64,000 nt of DNA from a candidate division WOR-3 bacterium (GCA_965649225.1 CBFGJX010000005.1:32001-96000), one strand, 5' to 3'. Positions 18,970 to 29,295 are shown, counted from the stretch's first letter. The notes: generated by a model not told the origin, from the letters alone. Numbers and translations are program-made.

Positions 18970-19856
18970 CTGAACGCAGCTGGAGCGGGTTCAGGGGTGT
19001 CACAGGGTGAGCAGCTCAGCGCCGCCAGACAACGCGTCACGGCAATACCCAGTTCGATGTCGGCGATGGGAATGTGATGATGATGGCAGGCAAGGGCGAA
19101 GTCACGGCAGAGCGCTGTCAGTGGCGGCACGCCGGAAACAGCCGTTTCGTCAAAGACCTGGCGGGTCAGGCGGGAGGCGATTTCGACTCGGCGCTGGACC
19201 GGGGTTTCCGACCAGGCAAGCTGTCCAGAACAGACTGAACCGTCTGCGAAACGAGCCTGCCAGTTGAAAGCAGTCCGGGCTTGAGGGTCGCAGTCGATTT
19301 TGCCCGACAGTTCGAGCGGTTCGCCAAAGAGTGCGATCATCAGCGCAAGGTCGTGGGAGCCGAGGTCAAAGAGGAGGTCGTCCAGGGTGGTCAGTTCCGG
19401 CCGGCCACGCGATGTGCGTCTGAATCGGGCTTGAAAAGGACCGGATCCGGCGGCAAGAAACTTCCGCATCAGAACAAAATTAGAGTGGTACAACGGCGTA
19501 TAGGCAACTGCGATTGTCTTTCGTTGTCTTCTTGCGGTGGTGGCGACGAGTTCGGCGTCACTGCAACTGCGAGCGAGTGGTTTTTCAATCAAGACGTGGC
19601 GGTGAGCATTGAGGACTTGCAGGGCAAGCGGTACGTGGAGCTCGTCGGGCACTGCCAGAATCACTGCCTCGATCATCGGATTGTCGAGCATTTCGTCGAC
19701 TGAAGCGTAGCGAACCGTGTCAGGCGGCACAGCCGCGGGGCGGGGATCGGTTACCGCAACCAGCCGGCAGTCGGTCAGCGAAGCGAGGGTGTCAAGATAG
19801 TTGCGTCCCCAGCGGCCGGCGCCGACAAGACCAATGCCGACGGGTTGGTCGTTCAT
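18966..19856 (-). CDS. Gfo/Idh/MocA family oxidoreductase
   Basis: GAGRWG Rossmann motif, HVLIEKPLA, DLGSHDL. Confidence 0.88.
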   Translation of the reverse strand: MNDQPVGIGLVGAGRWGRNYLDTLASLTDCRLVAVTDPRPAAVPPDTVRYASVDEMLDNPMIEAVILAVPDELHVPLALQVLNAHRHVLIEKPLARSCSDAELVATTARRQRKTIAVAYTPLYHSNFVLMRKFLAAGSGPFQARFRRTSRGRPELTTLDDLLFDLGSHDLALMIALFGEPLELSGKIDCDPQARTAFNWQARFADGSVCSGQLAWSETPVQRRVEIASRLTRQVFDETAVSGVPPLTALCRDFALACHHHHIPIADIELGIAVTRCLAALSCSPCDTPEPAPAAFR

Positions 19857-20785
19857 AGCTGCTGGTGGCGAAACCAGTCGATGGTGTGGCGCAGGCCCGT
19901 CTCCAAATCGACACGGGGTTGCCAGCCAAGGAGCGTCCGGGCGCGCCTGATATCCGGCCGTCGTCGTCTGGGATCGTCTTCGGGGAGCGGTTTGAACTCC
20001 AGCGGGCTCTTGGAATCAGTGAGTTTTTTGACCAATCGGGCGAACTGAAGGATTGTGAACTCACGCGGATTGCCGAGATTTATCGGCGCGGCGTCGCCCG
20101 ATGCGGCCAGGCGCAGAAGACCATCGACCAAGTCCGAACAATAGCAGAAACTTCGGGTCTGGCGGCCGGTACCGTAGATTGTCAGCGGCTGTCCGCTCAG
20201 CGCCTGGTGAATGAGGTTGGGAACGACACGGCCGTCATCCAGCTTCATCCTGGGGCCATAGGTGTTGAAGATACGGGCGATTCGTACCGACAGCCCCCAC
20301 CGGCGGTGCCAGGCTGCAGTCTGGGCCTCAGCGAACCGTTTGGCTTCGTCGTAGGCTGAGCGCACGCCGACAGGATTGACATTACCCCAGTAGTCCTCAG
20401 TCTGAGGGTGGCGGTCCGGGTCGCCGTAAATCTCGGAAGTCGAAGCGAGCACAAAAACCGCCCGACGACGAAGGCTGAGCTCCAGCAGGTTGCGAGTTCC
20501 GATGCCCCCGGCATCGAGTGTTTCGATCGGCATGCTGAGGTAGTCGCGGGGAGAAGCCGGAGAAGCGAGATGAAACACCACGTCAATACGTCCCTTTACC
20601 TGCAGCGGTTCGGTGATGTCAGCATGTTGAAAAGCGAAGCCGCGTTGCGACAGCAGGTGAGCGATGTTGCGGCGCGAGCCGGTGATCAGACTGTCAACAC
20701 AGATGACCTCAAAGCCGTGTTTGAGCAGCAGGTCACAGAGGTGCGATCCGATAAAGCCGGCGCCCCCTGCGACCAGTGCTCTCAC
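19853..20785 (-). CDS. UDP-glucuronate decarboxylase (UDP-xylose synthase)
   Basis: GGAGFIGSHL, HLASPASP, ASTSEIYGDP, YWGNVNP.G.RSAYDEAKR, RIFNTYGPRM, DDPRRRRPDI. Confidence 0.92.
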   Translation of the reverse strand: MRALVAGGAGFIGSHLCDLLLKHGFEVICVDSLITGSRRNIAHLLSQRGFAFQHADITEPLQVKGRIDVVFHLASPASPRDYLSMPIETLDAGGIGTRNLLELSLRRRAVFVLASTSEIYGDPDRHPQTEDYWGNVNPVGVRSAYDEAKRFAEAQTAAWHRRWGLSVRIARIFNTYGPRMKLDDGRVVPNLIHQALSGQPLTIYGTGRQTRSFCYCSDLVDGLLRLAASGDAAPINLGNPREFTILQFARLVKKLTDSKSPLEFKPLPEDDPRRRRPDIRRARTLLGWQPRVDLETGLRHTIDWFRHQQL

Positions 20786-22071
20786 CGACCGACCCCGATG
20801 TAAGTGAAGCCGTGTTTCTCGGCTTCACTTCGTTCAAAGAGGTTGCGGCCGTCGCAGATGATTGGCAGGCGCATTCGCGCCTTGATCCGGGCCAGGTCGA
20901 GCTGGCGAAACTCCGGCCACTCGGTCAGGACGGCCAGCAGGTCAGCCTCGTCAGCGACTTCTTCGGCAGTCGAACAGAACTCGATGCCGGGAATTATGCG
21001 CCGGGCGCGGTCCATCGCCTGCGGGTCGTAGGCACGGACACAGGCGCCTTCAGCTACCAGTGCCCCAATGATGTCGATTGATGGGGCGAAACGCATGTCA
21101 TCGGTGTTGGGCTTGAACGCAAGACCCAGCACGCCGATTCTCTTGCCGCGGAGATTCCAGAGGACGTTCTGGATCTTGCGGACGAACCGGCGTTTGGCGT
21201 CTTCGTTGATGGCTTCAACCTCACGGAGCAGGCGGAAGTCATAGCCAAGTTCTTCAGCAATGCGGATGAAGGCACGGAGGTCTTTGGGGAAACAGAAGCC
21301 ACCATAGCCGACTCCGGCCTCAAGAAATGCCGGCCCGATGCGTCGGTCCATCCCCATGCCCGCAGTCACCTGGCGGATGTCGGCCCCCGACGCCTCGCAG
21401 ATTACGGAAAGGGCGTTGGCGAAAGATATCTTCATCGCCAGAAAGGCATTCGATGCGTGCTTGATGAGTTCGGCCGAGGCAAGGTCAGTGACCACCTTGG
21501 GGGCGTCAATCGGCGCATAGATTTCGAGCATCAACTCACGGGCACGGTCAGATTCCACCCCGATGACGATCCGGTCGGGCCGGAGGAAATCATCCACTGC
21601 CGATCCCTCGCGCAGGAATTCAGGATTCGAGGCAACGTCGAACGGTGTCCGGCCGCGGTTGTAGCGTTCCAGCGTACGGCGTACCCATTTGCCGGTCTGG
21701 ACCGGGACGGTTGACTTTTCTACCACCAGATGGTAGGCACCTGCGTTTTCAGCTATGTCGCGGGCCACTTTTTCGACCGCGGTAAGATCCGGTTCACCGG
21801 TGTCGCGAGGCGGTGTGCCGACGGCAATGAAACAGGCGAGGGTGTCACGAACTGCTGAGCCGATGTCAGTTGTGAAACGCAGTCTGCCCGCAGCGACAGT
21901 CTCGCGGATAATTTCCTGCAAGCCCGGCTCGTAAATTGGTATTCCGCCGGACTGAAGGACAGAAATCTTTTCGGAATCGCTGTCAACGCAGGTGACATCG
22001 TGGCCGATTTTGGCCAGACAGGCGCCGGAGGTAAGTCCGACATAGCCGGTACCGATCATCGTGATTTTCAT
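20782..22071 (-). CDS. ugd: UDP-glucose 6-dehydrogenase
   Basis: GTGYVGL, KSTVP, SNPEFLREG, GYGGFCFPKD, GLAFKPNTDDMR. Confidence 0.95.
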   Translation of the reverse strand: MKITMIGTGYVGLTSGACLAKIGHDVTCVDSDSEKISVLQSGGIPIYEPGLQEIIRETVAAGRLRFTTDIGSAVRDTLACFIAVGTPPRDTGEPDLTAVEKVARDIAENAGAYHLVVEKSTVPVQTGKWVRRTLERYNRGRTPFDVASNPEFLREGSAVDDFLRPDRIVIGVESDRARELMLEIYAPIDAPKVVTDLASAELIKHASNAFLAMKISFANALSVICEASGADIRQVTAGMGMDRRIGPAFLEAGVGYGGFCFPKDLRAFIRIAEELGYDFRLLREVEAINEDAKRRFVRKIQNVLWNLRGKRIGVLGLAFKPNTDDMRFAPSIDIIGALVAEGACVRAYDPQAMDRARRIIPGIEFCSTAEEVADEADLLAVLTEWPEFRQLDLARIKARMRLPIICDGRNLFERSEAEKHGFTYIGVGR

Positions 22072-22078
22072 CGGGGCA

Positions 22079-22106
22079 ACTATATTTGCGCCCTGAGCCG
22101 AGTCAA
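22079..22106 (-). promoter_or_regulatory. Putative sigma70 promoter of ugd operon (leaderless)
   Basis: Minus strand TTGACT-16-TATAGT-7 nt-ATG; no SD. Confidence 0.6.
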
Positions 22107-22130
22107 GGAATTGGGGTGATGATGATGTCC

Positions 22131-24740
22131 TCAGCGGCGATTGGAATCGGGCTGCTGAACTTCAGCCTGCAGTTTGGCGAGCAGGTTGAGGGCTTCAAGC
22201 GGCGTAAATTCTTCGAGCCGTAGCTCCCGCAATCGATCGACAACCGGGTGTGTGGATGGTCGGTCAGCGGCAAGCGGCAGTGGCAGCTCCGATTGTGGGT
22301 CTGGCGGCACGGCGGGAGCGCGGCGGTCGGTGCCGAGTGTTGCCAGTACAGCCCGGGCACGCTCGACGACCGGTCTGGGCAGCCCGGCAAGCCGGGCGAC
22401 GGTGATGCCGTAGCTTTTGTCGGCAATGCCCGGCCGCAGCCGGCGCAGGAAAACCACCCGGTCACCGTGTTCGTGGACGGTGAAACAGTAGTTGGCAATG
22501 CGCGGCAGTTCGGTGGCAATGGTGCAAAGTTCGTGGTAGTGGGTGGCGAAAAGAGTCTTGGGACGGGGTGTGCGGCCACCGGTGATTGCGCCGTGGAGAT
22601 ACTCGACGACGGCCCAGGCGATTGCCAGCCCGTCGGCGGCAGCGGTGCCGCGGCCGACTTCGTCGAGAATAACCAGGCTGCGGTCGGTTGCGTTGTTGAG
22701 GATGTTGGCGGTTTCCGTCATTTCGGCGAGAAACGTGGAGACGCCGCGGGCCAGGTCGTCAGAAGCGCCAATGCGGGTGAAGACTTTGTCGATGATGCCG
22801 ATCCGTGCCTGTCGGGCCGGGACAAAAGACCCTGCCTGGGCCATGATTGCGATAAGGGCAACCTGACGCAGGTAGGTCGATTTGCCGGCCATGTTGGGTC
22901 CGGTGATCAGGACTATCTGGGTTTGATCGGGGTCGAGGTCAGTGTCGTTGGCAATGAAGTCATCCGTGAGCATGGTTTCGACGACCGGGTGGCGGCCACC
23001 GATTATTTCGAGCCGGCAGGAGTCATCCAGCCGGGGGCGGACGTAGCCGCGTTCCCGCGCCACCTCGGCCAGTGCCGTCAGGACATCCAGTTCGGCAAGC
23101 AGCCGGGCGAGAGCAGCGATACTGCCGGCTGCTTTGGCACAGCGCCGGCGCAAAGCCGAAAACAGTTCCAGTTCCAGGGCGCGGGCGCGTTCTTCGGCGC
23201 CGAGGACGCGGGTCTCGTATTCTTTCAACTCGGGGGTCACAAACCGTTCAGCGCCGGCAACCGTTTGACGGCGGACATAGTCGGCCGGGATGCGGGCGAG
23301 AAAGGATTTGGTGACTTCGATGTAATAGCCGAAGACCGAGTTGTAACGGACACGCAGATTCGGTATGCCGGTGCGCTGGCGTTCAGATTCCTGCAGGCGG
23401 GCAATCCACTCGCGGCCACCGGAGGCCAGCGAACGCAGTTCGTCGAGCTCGGCGCTGGCACCGGGACGGATTACACCTCCATCACTGGCTGAAGCCGGCG
23501 GGTCATCGGCGATCGTGCTGGAAATGTCGGCGATAAGTTCGGGGAAGTCGACAATTCCAGCGCGAATGTCAGCCAGCAGTGCAGCCCGAGCTTCCTGCAG
23601 CGCTTCACGGATTGCCGGTGTCATCCGGAGGGCACTCGCGGCCGCAACCAGCTCGCGGGGCGACGCGCGCTCCAGAGCAATGCGGGATGCAAGTCGTTCG
23701 AGGTCGCCGGTGCGGCTCAGGTTGTCGCGCAGCCGCTGGGTTGAGCCGGATAGCAGTTCCTCGACCGCGTCGTGCCTTCGGGTGATTGCTTCAAGTGTTG
23801 TCAGCGGCGCGGTCAGCCAGCGTCGGAGCAGCCGGGCGCCCGCGGGTGTGACAGTCCGGTCGAGTACGCCCAGTAGGGTGGCTTCCGGGCCGGACTTGCG
23901 CTCGTCGGTGTGTATCCGTTCGACCAGTTCCAGATTCCGACGGGTGGCACGGTCAATCATCATCAAGCCGGACGGCAGCCACGGTGCCAGACGGCTGATA
24001 TGTTCAAGACCGGCGCGCTGAGTCTCCTCCAGGTAGTGAAAGACAGCTCCGGCAGCGCAGATTCCTTCGACGAGTTCGCCGACCCCGAAGCCGTCCAGTG
24101 AGGCGGTTCCGAAGTGCCGGGCGAGAGCCTCGAAAGCGTAGTCCTGGGTGAAGTAGTAGGGATCGAGGTGAGTGACGGCGACCGGGTCCAGCCCCGGCGG
24201 CGGAGTGGTTTCCTGCGGCAGCAGCAGCTCGCGGGGGCCGATGCGGCCCAGTTCGTCAGCCAGTTCGGTGCCGGCGAATTCGGCGACAAAAAACTCGCCG
24301 GTCGAGACGTCGGCAAAAGCACAGCCCCAGCGGTCACCCGCCGGTGAAAGTGCACACAGAAAGTTGTTGCACCGGGCATCGAGCAGGTCGGAAGCAGTCA
24401 GGGTGCCGGGGGTGATGACCTCAACCACGTCCCGGTTGACCACCGGTTTACCCGGGGTCGGGGATTCAAGCTGGTCGCACACCGCAACCCGGAAACCCTG
24501 TTCGACCAGCCGGGCAACATAACTGTCAACCGCACGAGCTGGGATGCCGGCCAGTGGCACCCGGTTGTGAGGACCGTGGGGTCGTGATGTCAGGGTCAGT
24601 CCGAGAGCTTTGGCGCCGATGGCGGCATCTTCATAGAACATTTCGTAGAAGTCGCCGACCCGAAAGAGTAACAGCGTGTCGCGGTACCGTTCCTTGATGC
24701 GACGGTACTGAGCCAGCAGTGGCGTCAGAGTTCCGGGCAA
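22131..24740 (-). CDS. mutS: DNA mismatch repair protein MutS
   Basis: TPLLAQY, FRVGDFYEMF, GRHPVVE, TGPNMAGKSTYLRQ, DEVGRGT, FATHYHEL, SYGI.VARLAG. Confidence 0.97.
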   Translation of the reverse strand: MPGTLTPLLAQYRRIKERYRDTLLLFRVGDFYEMFYEDAAIGAKALGLTLTSRPHGPHNRVPLAGIPARAVDSYVARLVEQGFRVAVCDQLESPTPGKPVVNRDVVEVITPGTLTASDLLDARCNNFLCALSPAGDRWGCAFADVSTGEFFVAEFAGTELADELGRIGPRELLLPQETTPPPGLDPVAVTHLDPYYFTQDYAFEALARHFGTASLDGFGVGELVEGICAAGAVFHYLEETQRAGLEHISRLAPWLPSGLMMIDRATRRNLELVERIHTDERKSGPEATLLGVLDRTVTPAGARLLRRWLTAPLTTLEAITRRHDAVEELLSGSTQRLRDNLSRTGDLERLASRIALERASPRELVAAASALRMTPAIREALQEARAALLADIRAGIVDFPELIADISSTIADDPPASASDGGVIRPGASAELDELRSLASGGREWIARLQESERQRTGIPNLRVRYNSVFGYYIEVTKSFLARIPADYVRRQTVAGAERFVTPELKEYETRVLGAEERARALELELFSALRRRCAKAAGSIAALARLLAELDVLTALAEVARERGYVRPRLDDSCRLEIIGGRHPVVETMLTDDFIANDTDLDPDQTQIVLITGPNMAGKSTYLRQVALIAIMAQAGSFVPARQARIGIIDKVFTRIGASDDLARGVSTFLAEMTETANILNNATDRSLVILDEVGRGTAAADGLAIAWAVVEYLHGAITGGRTPRPKTLFATHYHELCTIATELPRIANYCFTVHEHGDRVVFLRRLRPGIADKSYGITVARLAGLPRPVVERARAVLATLGTDRRAPAVPPDPQSELPLPLAADRPSTHPVVDRLRELRLEEFTPLEALNLLAKLQAEVQQPDSNRR

Positions 24741-24746
24741 ATCAGC

Positions 24747-25772
24747 TCAGTCTGTCGGCGCGGACTGGAGTTGAGCAATTGCCGCTTCGAGCAGATTGCG
24801 GGCGCGCGGGTCATTCTGCTCGGTGCGTACCAGCGCCAGCATCAGTATCGGCAGCGGGTCGCGGCTGCCGGCCAGTGGTTCGAGCAGCCGGGCGGCGGTT
24901 GCCAGCTCGCCCTTCTTGCGATAGATGCCGGCAAGTGTCACCGCAATGTCGGTGTTGTTGGGCAGTCGCCGCAGCAGTTGTTCATACAGGGTGATGATAT
25001 CTTCGTAGCGTCCGCTGTCGAAGTAGGCACGTTCCAGCCGGCTGCGAACCGCGGCGTTACGCTCCGGTGCGGCTTCGATGACTTTGGTCCAGGTTCGGAT
25101 TGCCGCTTCGGTGTTGCCCGATTCGAGTTCCAGATCGCCCAGTGCGATCCGGGCTTCGATCAACGACGGGTCGAGCCGCAGGGCTTCTTCAAGGGCAGCC
25201 CGGGCAGCCGACGGTTCGCCGGCCCGGGCCCGGCCGATTTTCAGCAGCAGCCGTGCCGCGCGAGCGTGATGTTGCGGGTGGCGGCGGAACTCGCGCAGAA
25301 TTGCCTCGCATTTGTCCCAGGAAGCGGTTTCGACATAGAGTTCAGCGAGCTGTTCGCGACACTCCCAGTCGTTGCGGTCAACCCGCGCCAGTTCCTCGAG
25401 CATGGCCAGTGCTTTGACCCGGCGGCCGATTCGGAGGTAGTCACGGGCCAGAGCCGAGAAGACACGGCGTTCGTCTTCCGGTTTGAGATTGCGGCGCAGG
25501 GCGAGACTCTCATGCAGGCGCAGTCCTCGTTCGGTATCGCCGCGGGCGAAGTAGATGTCACCGAGGCGGATATAGGCGTCGACGTTGTCGGTGTCGGCTT
25601 CGACCGCTTCCTTCAAGGCTTTCAAGGCTGCGTCCGGTCGGCCGTCGAGCAGCAGCTGCAGGCCTTCGACGTATGCCGGCTGGCTGTGCCGGCGCTGGCG
25701 CAGAAAGTCGCGAATAATCGGGTAGAGGGCAACCGCCAGTACTGCCAAAACGACCAAAACCAGCCAGGTCAC
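24747..25772 (-). CDS. lapB: LapB-like TPR membrane protein (no rubredoxin domain)
   Basis: N-terminal TM, YVEGLQLLL, LGDIYFARGD.ERGLRLHESL, LARDY; directly downstream of lapA. Confidence 0.75.
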   Translation of the reverse strand: MTWLVLVVLAVLAVALYPIIRDFLRQRRHSQPAYVEGLQLLLDGRPDAALKALKEAVEADTDNVDAYIRLGDIYFARGDTERGLRLHESLALRRNLKPEDERRVFSALARDYLRIGRRVKALAMLEELARVDRNDWECREQLAELYVETASWDKCEAILREFRRHPQHHARAARLLLKIGRARAGEPSAARAALEEALRLDPSLIEARIALGDLELESGNTEAAIRTWTKVIEAAPERNAAVRSRLERAYFDSGRYEDIITLYEQLLRRLPNNTDIAVTLAGIYRKKGELATAARLLEPLAGSRDPLPILMLALVRTEQNDPRARNLLEAAIAQLQSAPTD

Positions 25773-26104
25773 ACTTCACCTCCGTTAGCCTGGGCCGGAG
25801 TGTCCGGCTTTTCGGAGTCATCGAGCGGAGCGTTGCGCAACGCACGCAGCTCTTCCAGCAGGGCTTCCATTTCGAGGCGCTGTCGGCGGAGGCGGGTGCG
25901 CAACTGGATTTCCGAAACCAGCGACAGGATTCCGATGCAGAGCGCGCCGAAGGCAAATGAGTACAGCATCACCAGCGCAACCGGGACGCCGTAGTAGATG
26001 CGGCCGAGCAGATTGACGTCAGCGTGGGCGCTGGTGTTGGACCAGCCAATCACCGACAGGACGATGAATACCGCCAGGACCAGGATTATGCGAATGGTCA
26101 ACAT
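25769..26104 (-). CDS. lapA: LapA (DUF1049) family membrane protein
   Basis: Two TM helices around N..V.VNLL..PVALVML..F.FG, then a basic coiled coil. Confidence 0.8.
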   Translation of the reverse strand: MLTIRIILVLAVFIVLSVIGWSNTSAHADVNLLGRIYYGVPVALVMLYSFAFGALCIGILSLVSEIQLRTRLRRQRLEMEALLEELRALRNAPLDDSEKPDTPAQANGGEV

Positions 26105-26114
26105 GCTTGCCTCC

Positions 26115-27431
26115 TCATTGAAAAACGGCCGGCGCCGAGAGCGGCTCGGCTCTGGCTGTAGCGCCTTTGACGCTGGTGATCCGGCAGCTCAGAATGGTTC
26201 CAGGCGCGTGCCTGCCGGCGACGATCACGACCCGATTGCTGGTAGTGCGACCGAGCGAATCATCGCCGCGCGGACTCGGACCTTCAATCAGAATCTCGGC
26301 AGTCTTGCCGATCAGCTCGCGGGCGGTTTCGGCGGTGATGCGATTCTGGACTTCGATCAGCCGGGCGAGCCGCCGGCCGGCGTCGGCCTCGGAAACCCGC
26401 GGTGTCATCGCGGCGGCAGCAGTACCGGGGCGGGCCGAAAACCGGTACATGTATGCCGAGTCAAACCGGACCGCGCGAACAACGGCGAGGGTTTCGAGAA
26501 AATCGTCTTCTGTTTCCGAGGGGAAGCCAACGATGATATCGGTTGACAGCCCCAGTCCGGGAAGAAGCTGCCGGGCCCGGGTGATGATGTCAAGGTAGCT
26601 GCGGCGGGTATAGCCGCGATTCATCAACGACAGAATCCGGTCAGAGCCGGACTGGAGCGGCAGGTGCAGAAAAGGACAGACGTTGGGCAGCGCAGCCATC
26701 GTGCCAAGAATTCGTTCATTGACATCGCGCGGGTGGGATGTCAGAAAACGGATTCGGGCCGTGGGTGCCGTCGTGGCAACGGCAGTGAGCAGGTCGGCAA
26801 AGTCGCGCTCGGCCTCCTGCCAGGCCAGGACATTCTGGCCGAGGAGGGTGATGTCACGGACGCCGCGGGCGGTCAGCGTGCGCACTTCGGCGATAATCGA
26901 ATCGGACGACCGCGAGCGGCCGCGCCCTTTGACCAGCGGAACGATGCAGTAACTGCATCGGTTGTCGCAGCCGCGGATAACGGTCACGAACGCGGCCACC
27001 CCGTTGCCCGGTGGCGGCAGCAGGTCTTCGTAACATTCGCCGGTTGTCTCCAGGGCCAGAGCGTGACCGGCGCGGCGGGTCTGGGCGATGAGTTCGGGCA
27101 GGCGTCGGTAATTGTCGGGACCGACGACCAGGTCGACGCGGTGATTGCGAACGAGGTCAGCCCCAAGGCGCTGGGCCATGCAGCCGAGGACGCCGATGAT
27201 TTTTCCGGGCCGGGCCGAACGCAGACTGCGCAGACCGGCGATGCGGTTGAGTGCCCGTTGTTCGGCATGACTGCGGACCGAACAGGTCATTACCAGCATG
27301 ACGTCGGCTTCGGCTTCGGATGAAGTCTCGGTCCAGCCGTTGTCAAGCATGATCCGACGGACGGTGTCCGATTCCTGCTGGTTCATCTGACAGCCGTACG
27401 TCTGAATGAAGAACTGAGCCACTGATGACAA
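26115..27431 (-). CDS. miaB: tRNA-2-methylthio-N6-dimethylallyladenosine synthase
   Basis: TYGCQMN, TCSVR, GCMAQ, GCDNRCSYCIVP, HLPLQSGSD, TRAM domain. True start may be GTG 27422. Confidence 0.95.
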   Translation of the reverse strand: MSSVAQFFIQTYGCQMNQQESDTVRRIMLDNGWTETSSEAEADVMLVMTCSVRSHAEQRALNRIAGLRSLRSARPGKIIGVLGCMAQRLGADLVRNHRVDLVVGPDNYRRLPELIAQTRRAGHALALETTGECYEDLLPPPGNGVAAFVTVIRGCDNRCSYCIVPLVKGRGRSRSSDSIIAEVRTLTARGVRDITLLGQNVLAWQEAERDFADLLTAVATTAPTARIRFLTSHPRDVNERILGTMAALPNVCPFLHLPLQSGSDRILSLMNRGYTRRSYLDIITRARQLLPGLGLSTDIIVGFPSETEDDFLETLAVVRAVRFDSAYMYRFSARPGTAAAAMTPRVSEADAGRRLARLIEVQNRITAETARELIGKTAEILIEGPSPRGDDSLGRTTSNRVVIVAGRHAPGTILSCRITSVKGATARAEPLSAPAVFQ

Positions 27432-27526
27432 GATTCTAACCGGCGGGCGGCATTGTCAAGGCTGCCCTGAAACCGCTGCCGGTGTTTGACTTGACGCCGG
27501 CGGACAATATCATTCGCCATCCACCG

Positions 27527-28876
27527 ATGAATGCCGTTGAACTGATCCGACGCAAACGCGACCGCGGCCGCTACTCGGCCGGAGAACTGGAATGGCTGAT
27601 GGCTGAGTTTGCGGCCGGGAATATCCCCGATTACCAGATGGCGGCGTGGCTGATGGCAGTATGCCTCAGGGGTATGACGGTTGAGGAAACCGTGGCGCTG
27701 ACGGCAGCAATGATGAAATCAGGGGAGGTGCTGGACCTTTCGGCGCTGCCCGGTCCGAAGGTAGACAAACACTCCACCGGTGGCGTCGGAGACAAGGTGT
27801 CGCTGGTGCTGGCGCCGATGGTGGCTGCCTGCGATGTGCTGGTGCCGATGATATCGGGCCGGGCGCTGGGACATACCGGTGGCACGCTGGATAAACTGGC
27901 AGCGATTCCCGGCTTCCGAACCGACCTCAGCCCGACTGCCTTCCGCCGGTGTCTGGAGATGGCCGGGCTGGCGATCGTCGGCCAGTCGGAACGGATCTGC
28001 CCGGTTGACCGGCGGCTGTATGCGCTGCGGGATGTCACCGCCACCGTCGAATCGGCACCGTTGATTGCGGCCAGCATCATGAGCAAGAAACTGGCAGAGG
28101 GTATCGATGGGCTGGTGCTGGATGTCAAGGCCGGTTCGGGTGCCTTCTGTGCCAAAGTCAGTCAGGCGCGGCGGCTGGGACGGTTGATGATGGCGATTGG
28201 TGCCCGACTGGGGAAACCGGTGCGGGCGCTGGTCACGGCGATGTGGCAGCCGCTCGGGCGCAGCGTCGGCAATGCGGTTGAGGTGATTGAGGCGATTGAT
28301 GCCCTGAAGGGCAAGTGGGCGGATGACCTGGCCGAGGTCAGTCTGGCACTGGGAGAGCAGATGCTGGTGCTTTCCGGCCGGGCGCGCAGCGAAGTTCAGG
28401 CTCGCCGTCAGCTGCTGCGGGCACTTTCGTCCGGGCGGGCACTGGAGCGTTTCCGGGCGATGGTCAGGGCGCAGGGCGGTGACCCCGCCGTGGTTGACAA
28501 CCCCGGGGTGTTGATCGAACGGGCCCACCGGGTCGAGGTCTGTGCGGCGAGTCCGGGCTGGGTGCGGTCGATCGACGCGCTGCGTGTCGGTCTGATTGGC
28601 GTCGAACTGGGAATCGGCCGGCTGAAAGTCGATGCGACGGTCGATGCCGCCGCCGGTTTTATCTTTCACCGCAAGGCCGGCGACCGGGTGGCGAAGGGTG
28701 AGTTGCTGGTCGAGGTGCTTGGTTCGGATTGCGACCGGGTTGCAGCGGCAGCGGCGGCGGTCGCCCGGGCGATAGTCATCGGGCCGGTGGCACCCAGGCC
28801 GGTCGGGGCAGTCTGTGCGCGGCTGAGTGGCAATGGCGGCGCGGGGGTTGGTCAGCGGCGGAATACTGGACGGTGA
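27527..28876 (+). CDS. pdp: Pyrimidine-nucleoside/thymidine phosphorylase
   Basis: IRRKRD, DKHSTGGVGDK, SGRALGHTGGTLDKL, LYALRDVTATV, ASIMSKKLA. Confidence 0.93.
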   Translation: MNAVELIRRKRDRGRYSAGELEWLMAEFAAGNIPDYQMAAWLMAVCLRGMTVEETVALTAAMMKSGEVLDLSALPGPKVDKHSTGGVGDKVSLVLAPMVAACDVLVPMISGRALGHTGGTLDKLAAIPGFRTDLSPTAFRRCLEMAGLAIVGQSERICPVDRRLYALRDVTATVESAPLIAASIMSKKLAEGIDGLVLDVKAGSGAFCAKVSQARRLGRLMMAIGARLGKPVRALVTAMWQPLGRSVGNAVEVIEAIDALKGKWADDLAEVSLALGEQMLVLSGRARSEVQARRQLLRALSSGRALERFRAMVRAQGGDPAVVDNPGVLIERAHRVEVCAASPGWVRSIDALRVGLIGVELGIGRLKVDATVDAAAGFIFHRKAGDRVAKGELLVEVLGSDCDRVAAAAAAVARAIVIGPVAPRPVGAVCARLSGNGGAGVGQRRNTGR

Positions 28877-28889
28877 GGAAAGGAGCGAA

Positions 28890-29258
28890 GTGGGCCGCAA
28901 CGAAGGTAAGCTTGACACACTGATTGGTCCGGAGACAATCGTCAAGGGTGACCTGCGGGTCGGGGGCAGTCTGCGACTGGAAGGACAGATCGAAGGTCGG
29001 GTTGATGTTGCCGAGACACTGCAAACCGGTTCGCGGTCACTGCTGAAGGGTGAAGTCCATGCCCGGGAGTGTATCATCGCCGGCAGGGTCGAGGGCGACA
29101 TTCATTCGTCGGAAAACACCGAGCTGCAGAGCGGAGCGAATGTCCGCGGCAACATCTACTGTAAAGGGCTGGTGATTCAGCGTGACTGCATTTTCCAGGG
29201 CAGTTGCTCGATGGCAGTGGCGGCCGATGACGCTGCCGGCAGTCGGCAGCAGGGTTAG
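28890..29258 (+). CDS. Bactofilin (polymer-forming cytoskeletal protein)
   Basis: TLIGPETIVKGDL...LRLEGQIEG...IAGRVEGDI...FQGSCSM; GTG start with aaggag SD. Confidence 0.9.
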   Translation: MGRNEGKLDTLIGPETIVKGDLRVGGSLRLEGQIEGRVDVAETLQTGSRSLLKGEVHARECIIAGRVEGDIHSSENTELQSGANVRGNIYCKGLVIQRDCIFQGSCSMAVAADDAAGSRQQG

Positions 29259-29295
29259 TCGTGGCGCTGGTGATTGCTGGCGAAGGGAGTGATGA

